Positions 30,453-38,703 of a stretch of DNA of 64,000 bases are shown here, piece by piece. The notes below the pieces were generated by a model. The model saw nothing but the letters and a program-made list of their open reading frames with translations, was not told the DNA's origin and searched no databases. Each line of letters opens with the position of its first letter. Position 1 is the stretch's first letter. The translations under genes were made by a program, and so were the position numbers. Location of the stretch: assembly GCA_965205265.1 (NCBI GenBank), contig CBDBGH010000003.1, positions 1,952,001 to 2,016,000 on the forward strand, read 5' to 3'. Origin of the DNA: Alphaproteobacteria bacterium. GTDB lineage: Bacteria > Pseudomonadota > Alphaproteobacteria > Bin95.

Positions 30453-31388
30453 ATGCCCGACCGACTGCATGCCGCCCCCGACACCGTCCACTGGGGTTTC
30501 TTCGACGCCCGGCTCAAGCCCGCGCTCACCGTCGAGAGCGGCGCGGAGGTCGAGATCGAGACGGTTTCCGGCGCGCCGGACGCCCTTCCCGGCCCGGGTT
30601 TCGAGGTGCCGGAGGGATTGCGCCGCATCCATGCCGAGACGCCGCGGCCGCTCGGCTCCGGCCATATCCTGACCGGGCCGGTCGCCGTCGCGGGCGCCGT
30701 TCCGGGCGATGCGCTCCGGGTCGAGATTCTGGATGTCCAGCTCGGCACGGACTGGGGCTGGAACGCGATCCGGCCGCTCGGCGGCGCGCTGCCGGACCAA
30801 TTCCCGGAAGGGCGGATGGTCACGATCCCGCTCGACCGCGACGCCGGCGAAGCCCGGATGCCCTGGGGCGGGGCGCTCGCCTGCCGGCCGTTTTTCGGCG
30901 TCATGGGCACGGCCCCGCCGGCGCATTGGGGCATGGTGAGCTCGGTCCAGCCGCGCGCCTTCGGCGGCAATATCGACTGCAAGGAACTGACTGCGGGCTC
31001 CGTGCTCTACCTGCCGGTGTTTGCGGACGGCGCGCTCTTCTCCTGCGGCGACGGCCATGCCGTGCAGGGCGACGGCGAAGTGTGCCTGACGGCCGTAGAA
31101 ACGGGGCTAACCGGGCGGTTCCGCCTCACGCTCAGCAAGGACATGGGCCTGGAGGCGCCGATGGCCGAGACGGCGGAACACTGGATCCAGCTCGCCTTCG
31201 ACGCCTCGCTCGACCGGGCCGCCCGCACGGCGCTCAGCCGGATGATCGACTTCATCTGCCTGCGCTCCAACCTGTCGCGGGAGGACGCCTACATGCTGTG
31301 CAGCCTGGCCTGCGACCTGCGCATCACCCAGCTGGTGAACCAGCAGCAGGGCGTCCACGCCATGCTGGACAAGGGGCTGATTCCCTGA
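30453..31388 (+). CDS. acetamidase/formamidase family protein
   Basis: TVHWG, GHILTGPV, PGDALRVEI, PFFGVMG, FGGNID, GDGHAVQGDGEVCLTAVE. Confidence 0.9.
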   Translation: MPDRLHAAPDTVHWGFFDARLKPALTVESGAEVEIETVSGAPDALPGPGFEVPEGLRRIHAETPRPLGSGHILTGPVAVAGAVPGDALRVEILDVQLGTDWGWNAIRPLGGALPDQFPEGRMVTIPLDRDAGEARMPWGGALACRPFFGVMGTAPPAHWGMVSSVQPRAFGGNIDCKELTAGSVLYLPVFADGALFSCGDGHAVQGDGEVCLTAVETGLTGRFRLTLSKDMGLEAPMAETAEHWIQLAFDASLDRAARTALSRMIDFICLRSNLSREDAYMLCSLACDLRITQLVNQQQGVHAMLDKGLIP

Positions 31389-31411
31389 CGAAGCGGAGGG
31401 AGGACCGCCCC

Positions 31412-32239
31412 ATGCTGTTCGGCGCGGCGATGTTCGTCACCGATTACTCCATGCGGCCTGCGGCGCTGGCGCGGGCGCTGGAGGAACGCGGCTTCGAGTC
31501 CTTCTGGGCCCCGGAGCATTCCCACATTCCGGTGGACCGCGCCTCGCCCTGGCCGCAGGGCGGGCCGCTGCCGGAGAAATACGCCGATGTGGCGGACCCG
31601 TTCGTCGTGCTCTCCATGGCCGCGGCCGCCACGGAGCGCCTGAAGGTCGCGACCGGCATCTGCCTCGCCGCCCAGCGCGACCCGATACAGCTGGCGAAGG
31701 AGACCGCGAGCCTGGACGCGCTATCGGAAGGGCGTTTCCTGTTCGGCGTCGGCGGCGGCTGGAACCGCGAGGAGATGGCGGGCCACGGCACGGCGTTCGA
31801 GGAGCGGTTCTCGATTCTGCGCGAGCGCATCGCCGCCATCCGCGCCATCTGGAGCGAGGAGGAAGCGGCGTTTTCCGGCCGGCATCTGTCCTTCCCGCCG
31901 ATGCGCTCGCGCCCGAAGCCCGCGCAGCCCGGAGGACCGCCCGTGCTGGTCGGCGGCGAGTTCCCGCATGGCGCGCGCCGGGCGCTCGCCTGGGGCGACG
32001 GCTGGGTGCCGCATGCCGAGAGGCCGACCTACCACCTGCTGGACAGGCTGCCGGAATTCCGCGCCATGGAGGCGGAGGCCGGGCGCTCCGTGCCGATCAC
32101 CGTCTTCGGCGCGGAGGACGAGCCCGCCCGGCTCGACGCCTGGCGCGAAGCCGGGATCGAGAGGGTCGTCTTCAACCTGCCGAGCGCCGGGGCCGATGAG
32201 GTCCTGCCGCTGCTCGACCGCTGGGCGGGCCGGTTGTGA
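31412..32239 (+). CDS. LLM-class (putative F420-dependent) oxidoreductase
   Basis: EERGFESFWAPEHSHIP, QRDPIQLAKETASLD, FGVGGGWNREE, PPVLVGG, GDGW. Confidence 0.88.
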   Translation: MLFGAAMFVTDYSMRPAALARALEERGFESFWAPEHSHIPVDRASPWPQGGPLPEKYADVADPFVVLSMAAAATERLKVATGICLAAQRDPIQLAKETASLDALSEGRFLFGVGGGWNREEMAGHGTAFEERFSILRERIAAIRAIWSEEEAAFSGRHLSFPPMRSRPKPAQPGGPPVLVGGEFPHGARRALAWGDGWVPHAERPTYHLLDRLPEFRAMEAEAGRSVPITVFGAEDEPARLDAWREAGIERVVFNLPSAGADEVLPLLDRWAGRL

Positions 32240-33384
32240 GCGCGCTGATCGTCGGCGGCGGCCTCGGCGGCCTCGCGGCGGCGCTGGCGCTCGCGCGCCG
32301 CGGCATCGCCAGCCATGTGCTGGAGCAGTCGCCGTCCTTCGGGGAAATCGGCGCGGGCATCCAGCTCGGGCCGAACGTGTTCCGCATGTTCGACCGGCTG
32401 GGCGTCGCGGAGGCCATATCGCGCGATGCCGTGTTCGTGGACCGGCTGTTGATGATGGACGCGCTGACCGAAGAAGCGGTCGTGACGGGCGATCTGGGCG
32501 AGGCGTTCCGCAAGCGCTTCGGCGCGCCCTATGCCGTGACCCACCGCGCGGACTTCCACCGCACCCTGCTGGAAGCCTGCGAGGCGTCGGGGTCGGTCAC
32601 ATTCGAGACCGGCGCCGAGGTCGTCTCGGTGGAGGACCTGGGCGGGCGCGTCCGCGCCCGTCTGGCGGGCGGAGGCAGCCGGGAGGGTTCGTTCCTGGTC
32701 GGCGCGGACGGCCTCTGGTCGAAGGTGCGCGAGCATGTCGTCGGCGACGGGCCGCCCAAGGTCTCCGGCCATATCGCCTACCGGGCCGTGCTGCCGATCA
32801 GGGCGGTGCCCGAGGACATGCGCTGGAACGCGGCCGCGCTCTGGGCGGGGCCGCGCAACCACCTGGTCCACTACCCGCTCCGGCGCTCCACCCTGTTCAA
32901 CCTGGTGGCCGTGTTCCACTCCGACCGCTATGTCGAAGGCTGGGACAGCGAAGGCGACCCGGAGGAGCTGATGGCGCGCTTCGCCGGCATCTCGCCTCGG
33001 CCGATGGCGCTGCTCGAAAAGATCGAGACCTGGCGGATGTGGGTGCTGTGCGACCGCGAGCCGGTGTCCGAGTGGTCGCGCGGGCGGGTCTGCCTGCTGG
33101 GCGATGCGGCGCACCCGATGCTGCAATATCTGGCCCAGGGCGCCTGCATGGCGGTCGAGGACGCGGTGGCGCTGGCCGATGCGCTCGCTGCGGAGGAGGA
33201 TGTCGAGCGGGCCTTCCGCGCCTATGCGAAGGCGCGTTACCTCAGGACCGCCCGGGTGCAGCTCACGGCGCGGATGATGGGCGAGATCTACCACGCGGAA
33301 GGCGTGCGCCGCGAACTGCGCAACCATGTGCTTTCGACCGCGGACCTGCGCGAAGGAATGTCCTGGCTCTACGGCGGCCCTTAG
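32236..33384 (+). CDS. FAD-dependent aromatic monooxygenase (3-hydroxybenzoate 6-hydroxylase / salicylate hydroxylase-like)
   Basis: GGGLGG, EIGAGIQLGPN, GADGLWS, GDAAHPMLQYLAQGACMAVEDA, RTARVQ. Confidence 0.88.
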   Translation: MSALIVGGGLGGLAAALALARRGIASHVLEQSPSFGEIGAGIQLGPNVFRMFDRLGVAEAISRDAVFVDRLLMMDALTEEAVVTGDLGEAFRKRFGAPYAVTHRADFHRTLLEACEASGSVTFETGAEVVSVEDLGGRVRARLAGGGSREGSFLVGADGLWSKVREHVVGDGPPKVSGHIAYRAVLPIRAVPEDMRWNAAALWAGPRNHLVHYPLRRSTLFNLVAVFHSDRYVEGWDSEGDPEELMARFAGISPRPMALLEKIETWRMWVLCDREPVSEWSRGRVCLLGDAAHPMLQYLAQGACMAVEDAVALADALAAEEDVERAFRAYAKARYLRTARVQLTARMMGEIYHAEGVRRELRNHVLSTADLREGMSWLYGGP

Positions 33385-33402
33385 CCCCGGAGGCCGGGTC
33401 CG

Positions 33403-33981
33403 TCAGTCGCCGCCCTTCCCTGCCAGCGCGTCCAGCCGCTCCTGCATCCGGGCGATCTCGCTGCGCATGGCCTGCAATTCGCCGCCTGCATCGGGCGCCG
33501 TTTCCTTCGGTTCCGGCGCCGCCGCCGCGAAGGGGTTCCAGAGCCGCATGGCCTGCTCGAACAGCGCAAGGTTGCGCTTGCCCAGATCGTCCAGCGGGCC
33601 GAATGCGGTGCCCGGTCCGTAGGCGCGCTCGACCTCGCGGCGCATGGCGTCGTGATTGGCGGTGAACCACTCCATCGACTGCTCGAGATAGGCCGGCAGC
33701 ATCCAGCCGGCATTGTCGCGGTACATGGAGATGATCCGGCGCAGCAGCGAGACCGGCAGCAGGTTTGCGCCGTTCTGCTCTTCATCGACGATGATCTGGG
33801 TGAGCGTCGCCCGCGTCAGGTCCTCGCCGCTCTTGGCGTCCTCTACCGTGAACTCGACCCCGTCACGAACCAGCTGGGCCAGATCCGCAAGGGTCACATA
33901 GCTGCTCGTCGCAGTGTTGTAGAGGCGCCGGTTCGCATATTTCCGGATGCGGATTGGGGTCTCTTCCTCGCTCGCAGCCAT
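33403..33981 (-). CDS. phaR: PHA synthesis repressor PhaR (AniA)
   Basis: IRKYANRRLYNTATSSYVTL, DAKSGEDLTR..LTQII, LPAYLEQSM. Confidence 0.95.
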   Translation of the reverse strand: MAASEEETPIRIRKYANRRLYNTATSSYVTLADLAQLVRDGVEFTVEDAKSGEDLTRATLTQIIVDEEQNGANLLPVSLLRRIISMYRDNAGWMLPAYLEQSMEWFTANHDAMRREVERAYGPGTAFGPLDDLGKRNLALFEQAMRLWNPFAAAAPEPKETAPDAGGELQAMRSEIARMQERLDALAGKGGD

Positions 33982-34007
33982 GATGCCGCCGCCTCATCGG
34001 GTCCAGG

Positions 34008-34021
34008 TTGCGGTGCAGCAT
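34008..34021 (-). promoter_or_regulatory. putative PhaR autoregulatory operator
   Basis: TTGCGGTGCAGCAT (TGC-N3-GCA type), about 27 bp upstream of the phaR start. Confidence 0.7.
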
Positions 34022-34037
34022 AGCACAGGAATGCGGG

Positions 34038-35345
34038 TCAGGCTCCCACCAGCCACTCATCGACCAGCGCAAGCTCTTCCGCGCTCAGCGGGCGCTGCGC
34101 CTGTTCGCACCTGACGACGATATAGTCCCGGAACGCCTTCGCCACCACGTCCGGATCGGAGGCGTCCGAAGCGACGTCGAAACCCGATTGCCAAAGCCCG
34201 GTGGTGACGAACTCCGCCGCTTCGCGCGGGAGCGACATGCCTTCCTCGCCGGCCCGCTCCTGGAGCAGCCGCGTCATGGCGGCCCGGTCGGTCACGCCTT
34301 CGTCGAACAGCTTCGCCATATGCTCGAAGAGGAGGTCGAACCCGTCGGGATCCAGTGCCGGAATCCCGACCAGGTGGTGGATCGTCTCGATCAGGGCCGG
34401 CAGCCCCTCGCTGCTTTCCCCGGCCTCCGCCGGCGCCTCGAACTCGAACGTCTCCGCGGGCGCGGGCTCCAGCGGCGCCTCGCGCAGCGCCATCTGCCAT
34501 TCTTCGCCGGGCTCCCCGCATTCCAGCATGGGATCGACGGTCGTCAGCGCCTCGGCGAGGCGGCGCAGGGACCGGAAACCGAACCAGTCGCTGTTGCGGA
34601 AATTGGCGAAACGGAAGAAGAAGTGCGGCAGCTCGGCGGCCGGGATCGGCCCGTCCTGCTCGATCGATTCATGCAGGACCGCGGCAACCTCCGGAAGCAC
34701 CGAGTAATCGCCCGTCAGGGATGGCCGGGGCGTGAAGGGGCGGGGCTGGAACGGCCGCGCGCCGTCCGCCGGGACCGCTGCGCCGGGAACGCTCGCGGAT
34801 GCGTCTCCGAGCGCGCTCTCGATGAATACCGACTGCTCGATGGTGTAGCTGCAGGCAGCCGTCAGCGCCGGCGCCACCACGGCATTGGCGAGGATCGCCG
34901 TGCGCCGGTCGTGGGCGCGCAGGCGCAGCAGCACCGGCGTGAAGTCGGCATCGGCCGACAGGATGATGAACTCGTCGAAGGGCGTGGCATGGTCGAGGGC
35001 ATCCATGATGTCGATCGCCATGTAGATGTCGGTGCCGCTCTTGCCGCCCCCGGTAAGCGGCGGGCAGTCGATGACGGAAAACGCGCTCCTGGTGAAGAAG
35101 CCGCGGAACCGGGAGAAGGTCGCGGGATTGAGATAGCACTTGCGCATGAGCAGCGCGCGGCGCGTGCGGCCTTCCCGGCCGCCGCCGGTGGTATGGTAGC
35201 CGCGCTCCAGCCAGTGCATCCAGCGCCCCGGCTGTTCGGCGAACCGCTTGGCGGCGCGCGCATCGACGGCTTCCAGGCTGAGGAATACATTGTCGAAGTC
35301 GACGAAGAGGGCAGCCCGAACCCGGCCCGGGCGGGAAGGCATCAT
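34038..35345 (-). CDS. NYN (PIN-like) domain protein with probable OST-HTH/LOTUS domain and a C-terminal domain
   Basis: ALFVDFDN, GKSGTDIYMAIDIMD, EFIILSADADFTPVLLRLRAHDR; central SDWFGFRSLRRL resembles OST-HTH. Confidence 0.8.
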   Translation of the reverse strand: MMPSRPGRVRAALFVDFDNVFLSLEAVDARAAKRFAEQPGRWMHWLERGYHTTGGGREGRTRRALLMRKCYLNPATFSRFRGFFTRSAFSVIDCPPLTGGGKSGTDIYMAIDIMDALDHATPFDEFIILSADADFTPVLLRLRAHDRRTAILANAVVAPALTAACSYTIEQSVFIESALGDASASVPGAAVPADGARPFQPRPFTPRPSLTGDYSVLPEVAAVLHESIEQDGPIPAAELPHFFFRFANFRNSDWFGFRSLRRLAEALTTVDPMLECGEPGEEWQMALREAPLEPAPAETFEFEAPAEAGESSEGLPALIETIHHLVGIPALDPDGFDLLFEHMAKLFDEGVTDRAAMTRLLQERAGEEGMSLPREAAEFVTTGLWQSGFDVASDASDPDVVAKAFRDYIVVRCEQAQRPLSAEELALVDEWLVGA

Positions 35346-35425
35346 GACAACCTCTATCCAATCAAAATCCGTTATCCAATCACGACGGGCGCAAACCCTT
35401 CTATCTAATGTAAAATCCTGTGCCG

Positions 35426-35647
35426 ATGAGTCAAGAGCCGGACAAGGAGCAGGCGGACGAATTCCTGGACCTCTGGGAAAGGAACGTTCTCGCCTGGTGG
35501 CGCGAGACCGCGAGTCTGGCGTTCCCGCCGCTGCCGGATGAATCTCCCGGCCGGAAGGACGGGCCCAAGGCCGCTGGCGCTCCACATGGCGACGGCGGCG
35601 GCGGTCTGGGGCGGCGCAGCGGCAGCGGCAGCGGCGGGGCCCGCTAG
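35426..35647 (+). CDS. small hypothetical protein overlapping the start of the PhaC-like gene
   Basis: MSQEPDKEQADEFLDLWERNVLAWWRE: amphipathic N-terminus then low-complexity tail. Confidence 0.5.
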   Translation: MSQEPDKEQADEFLDLWERNVLAWWRETASLAFPPLPDESPGRKDGPKAAGAPHGDGGGGLGRRSGSGSGGAR

Positions 35648-36722
35648 CGCGTTCCTCTGGCACCGCGACCTTGCCGGCGACGTCGCCGGACTTGCCGTTG
35701 CCCCCGAAGCGGTCGGGCAGGCGGCGCTGCGGCGCCTTACGGATTTCGAGGCGGCCATCGCCCGCTATTGCGCCCACCCCTTCCGGCGCGCATCCGGGGC
35801 GGAAACGGTCGTCGCGCGAAGCGGCGCGGCACGGCTGCTCTCCTATGGCGAGGGCGAACGGGCGGCGCTGATCGTGCCCTCGCTCATCAATCGCTACCAT
35901 GTCTGCGACCTGTCGGGACGGCACAGCTTCGCGCGGTGGCTTGCGGCCCGCGGCTGGCGCGTGCTGCTCGTCGATTGGGGTGCCCCCGGGGAGCGCGAGC
36001 GCGGCTTCGACTGCACGGGCTATATCCGGAACGTCCTGGAGCCTTTTGCCTGCGAGGCGGCGCGCCTGTCCGGGCGCCCGCCGGTTGTCATCGGATACTG
36101 CATGGGCGGGCTGCTGGCCCTTGCGACGGTGTTGCGGGCGTCCCTGCCGTTCGCCGGCCTGGCGCTTCTCGCCGTGCCCTGGGACTTCCACGGCGGCGGC
36201 GGCCCGGAAGCACGGCGGCTCGCCTTCGCCGGCGCCGCCTTTGCGGAGATGATGGCCGGTAGCGGCGAAATGCCGGTCGACGCGCTCCAGACCTGTTTCT
36301 ACGCCCTCGACCCGATGCTAACGCCGAGGAAGTTCCTGGCCTTCGGAGCGCTTGAGCCCGGCTCGGAGGCGGAACGGGCCTTCGTGGAACTCGAGGACTG
36401 GGTGAATGACGGCGTGCCCCTGGCGGCGCCGGTCGCCCGGGAGTGCTTCACCGGCTGGTACGGCCGCAACGAGCCCGTGCGCGGCGAATGGCGCATCGAC
36501 GGCGAGCCGGTCCGGCCCGAGGCCGCGGCGCTGCCGGCATGGGTCGTCGTTCCCGCGGGCGACCGGATCGTGCCCCCCGCTTCCGCGCTCGCGCTCGCAC
36601 GCACCCTGCCCAACACCACCGTGCGCCGGCCGCGCCTCGGGCATATCGGGCTCATGGCGTCGAAAACGGCGCCCCGGCGTGTCTGGCGGCCCCTGCTTGC
36701 CTGGATGAACAGCCTTCCGTGA
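35538..36722 (+). CDS. PhaC-like alpha/beta hydrolase (class III-sized PHA synthase homolog)
   Basis: LIVPSLINRY..DL, LVDWG, lipase box GYCMGG, PWDFH, EDWVND, DRIVP, GHIGLM; between phaR and phbB. Confidence 0.8.
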   Translation: MNLPAGRTGPRPLALHMATAAAVWGGAAAAAAAGPASAFLWHRDLAGDVAGLAVAPEAVGQAALRRLTDFEAAIARYCAHPFRRASGAETVVARSGAARLLSYGEGERAALIVPSLINRYHVCDLSGRHSFARWLAARGWRVLLVDWGAPGERERGFDCTGYIRNVLEPFACEAARLSGRPPVVIGYCMGGLLALATVLRASLPFAGLALLAVPWDFHGGGGPEARRLAFAGAAFAEMMAGSGEMPVDALQTCFYALDPMLTPRKFLAFGALEPGSEAERAFVELEDWVNDGVPLAAPVARECFTGWYGRNEPVRGEWRIDGEPVRPEAAALPAWVVVPAGDRIVPPASALALARTLPNTTVRRPRLGHIGLMASKTAPRRVWRPLLAWMNSLP

Positions 36723-36745
36723 CACGATGCCACGGACAGCAGTGA

Positions 36746-36793
36746 TATGTTGCATTGCAGCATAAAACTGCCATCTTTTGTGCGTTGCAAAAA
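36746..36793 (+). promoter_or_regulatory. two putative PhaR operators upstream of phbB
   Basis: Near-palindrome TATGTTGCATTGCAGCATA (36746-36764) and TTTGTGCGTTGCAAAAA (36777-36793). Confidence 0.7.
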
Positions 36794-36809
36794 ACAAGGA
36801 GCCGAGACA

Positions 36810-37532
36810 ATGCCGAGAGTGGCCCTGATTACCGGCGGCACGAGAGGGATTGGCGCGGAAATTTCACGAGGCATGAAGGCTGACGGCTATGACGTGGTGG
36901 CCGGCTTCCATCTCAATGTCCAGCGCGCCGAGCGGTTCCGCGAGGAGACCGGCATCGACATCCAGCAGTTCGATGTCTCCGACTACGATGCCTGCGAGCG
37001 TGCGGTCCACAAGCTGGAGGAAAGCCACGGGCCGGTCGATATCCTCATCAACAATGCCGGCATCACGCACGATGTCTTCCTGCACCGTATGCCGCAGGAA
37101 GCCTGGCACGAGGTGATCGAGACCAACCTCACCTCCTGCTTCAACATGTGCCGCGTCGTTATCGGCAAGATGCGCGACCGGGGCTTCGGACGCATCGTCA
37201 ATGTCTCGTCCGTCAACGGCCAGACGGGGCAGATCGGCCAGACCAACTATGCCGCCGCCAAGGCCGGCATTCTCGGCTTCACCAAGGCGCTGGCGCTGGA
37301 GAACGCATCCAAGGGCATCACGGTGAACGCCATCTGCCCCGGTTATGTCGATACCGAGATGGTCCGCGCGATTCCGGAGCGCGTGCAGGAGGTGATCAAG
37401 AGCCATATCCCGGTCGGGCGGTTCGGGGACCCGAAGGAAATTTGCCATGTCGTCCGGTTCCTGGTCGCGGACGACGCCTGTTTCGTTACCGGCTCGACAG
37501 TCTCGGTGAACGGCGGCCAGTATATGGCCTGA
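36810..37532 (+). CDS. phbB: acetoacetyl-CoA reductase
   Basis: RVALITGGTRGIG, NNAGIT, SSVNGQTGQIGQTNYAAAKAG, ICPGYVDTEMV, NGGQYM. Confidence 0.93.
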   Translation: MPRVALITGGTRGIGAEISRGMKADGYDVVAGFHLNVQRAERFREETGIDIQQFDVSDYDACERAVHKLEESHGPVDILINNAGITHDVFLHRMPQEAWHEVIETNLTSCFNMCRVVIGKMRDRGFGRIVNVSSVNGQTGQIGQTNYAAAKAGILGFTKALALENASKGITVNAICPGYVDTEMVRAIPERVQEVIKSHIPVGRFGDPKEICHVVRFLVADDACFVTGSTVSVNGGQYMA

Positions 37533-37550
37533 CCTTCGAGAGGCGCGGCA

Positions 37551-38003
37551 ATGGATGGCGCGGACAGGCCGGTCGTGGGAGTCGGAGTGGTCGTCCTGCG
37601 CGGGGACGATGTGCTGCTGGTCCGGCGGGGGGAGCCGCCGCGCAAGGACCAGTGGAGCATTCCGGGCGGCAAGCAGGAGCGGGGCGAAACCGTCCGCGAC
37701 GCCGCCCGCCGCGAAATCCGCGAGGAGACCGGTGTCGAGATCGCGCTGATCGGCCTCGTCGATGTCGTGGACGGCATCCGCCGCGACGAGACCGGCGCCG
37801 CGGTCTCCCACTACACGCTGATCGACTTCGCCGCCGAGTGGGTCTCCGGCGAGGCGGTCGCGGGCGACGATGCGGCGGAGGCGCGCTGGACCCCGCTGGA
37901 CGGCCTCGACGATTACCGGCTCTGGTCCGAGACGCGGCGGATTATCGCCGCCGCGGCCGCGATGCGTGATGATGCGCGGGATCGTAGAGGCGGCTCTCCC
38001 TGA
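37551..38003 (+). CDS. NUDIX hydrolase (ADP-ribose pyrophosphatase-like)
   Basis: PVVGVG, WSIPGGKQERGET..AARREIREETG, GDDAAEARW. Confidence 0.9.
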   Translation: MDGADRPVVGVGVVVLRGDDVLLVRRGEPPRKDQWSIPGGKQERGETVRDAARREIREETGVEIALIGLVDVVDGIRRDETGAAVSHYTLIDFAAEWVSGEAVAGDDAAEARWTPLDGLDDYRLWSETRRIIAAAAAMRDDARDRRGGSP

Positions 38004-38703
38004 ACTCTCCGGCCTCGAGTGCCCTGCCGACCAGAATGAGCGCGCTGCGGGCAAGGCCCGCGGCCTTCACCCGCTCGCGGATCGTCGCAAGCGTGCCGGT
38101 CACGATTTTCTGGTCCGGCTGGCTCGCGCGATAGACGACGGCGACCGGGCAGTCTTCCCCCAGCTCCGGCTTGAGCGCGCGGACGACATTGGCGAGGTTG
38201 GCGGTCGAGAGGTGTATCGCAAGCGTTCCGCCGCTCCGCGCCTGGGCGGCGAGTTCTTCGCCGGGAGGCATGCCTGTTGCGCGCACGGCTGTCCGGGTGA
38301 GCGTGACCGTCTGGGCGATGTCCGGCACGGTGAGTTCGATGCCGAGCGCGGCGGCGGCGGCGGCGAAAGCCGGCACCCCCGGCGTGACCGTGTAGCCGAT
38401 ACCCAGCCGGTCCAGGCGGCGCATCTGCTCGGCAACCGCGCCATAGAGCGAGGGATCGCCCGAATGCACGCGCGCCACATCCTTGCCCGCAGCATCGGCC
38501 GCAACGAACTCGGCCTCGATTTCGTCCAGCGTCATCGCTGCCGTGTCGCACACCCTGGCGTCGGGCGAGGCCTCCGCGACCACTTCCGCCGGCACCAGCG
38601 AACCCGCATAGAGCACCACCGGCGACGAGCGGACCAGCGCCAGTCCGCGCACCGTTATCAGGTCCGGCGCGCCGGGGCCCGCGCCGATGAAATGCACCGT
38701 CAC
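37942..38703 (-). CDS. cobM: precorrin-4 C11-methyltransferase (CobM/CbiF)
   Basis: VHFIGAGPGAPDLITVRG, LYAGSLV, ARVHSGDPSLYGA, ELTVP..QTV. Confidence 0.95.
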   Translation of the reverse strand: MTVHFIGAGPGAPDLITVRGLALVRSSPVVLYAGSLVPAEVVAEASPDARVCDTAAMTLDEIEAEFVAADAAGKDVARVHSGDPSLYGAVAEQMRRLDRLGIGYTVTPGVPAFAAAAAALGIELTVPDIAQTVTLTRTAVRATGMPPGEELAAQARSGGTLAIHLSTANLANVVRALKPELGEDCPVAVVYRASQPDQKIVTGTLATIRERVKAAGLARSALILVGRALEAGEFRESRLYDPAHHHASRPRRR

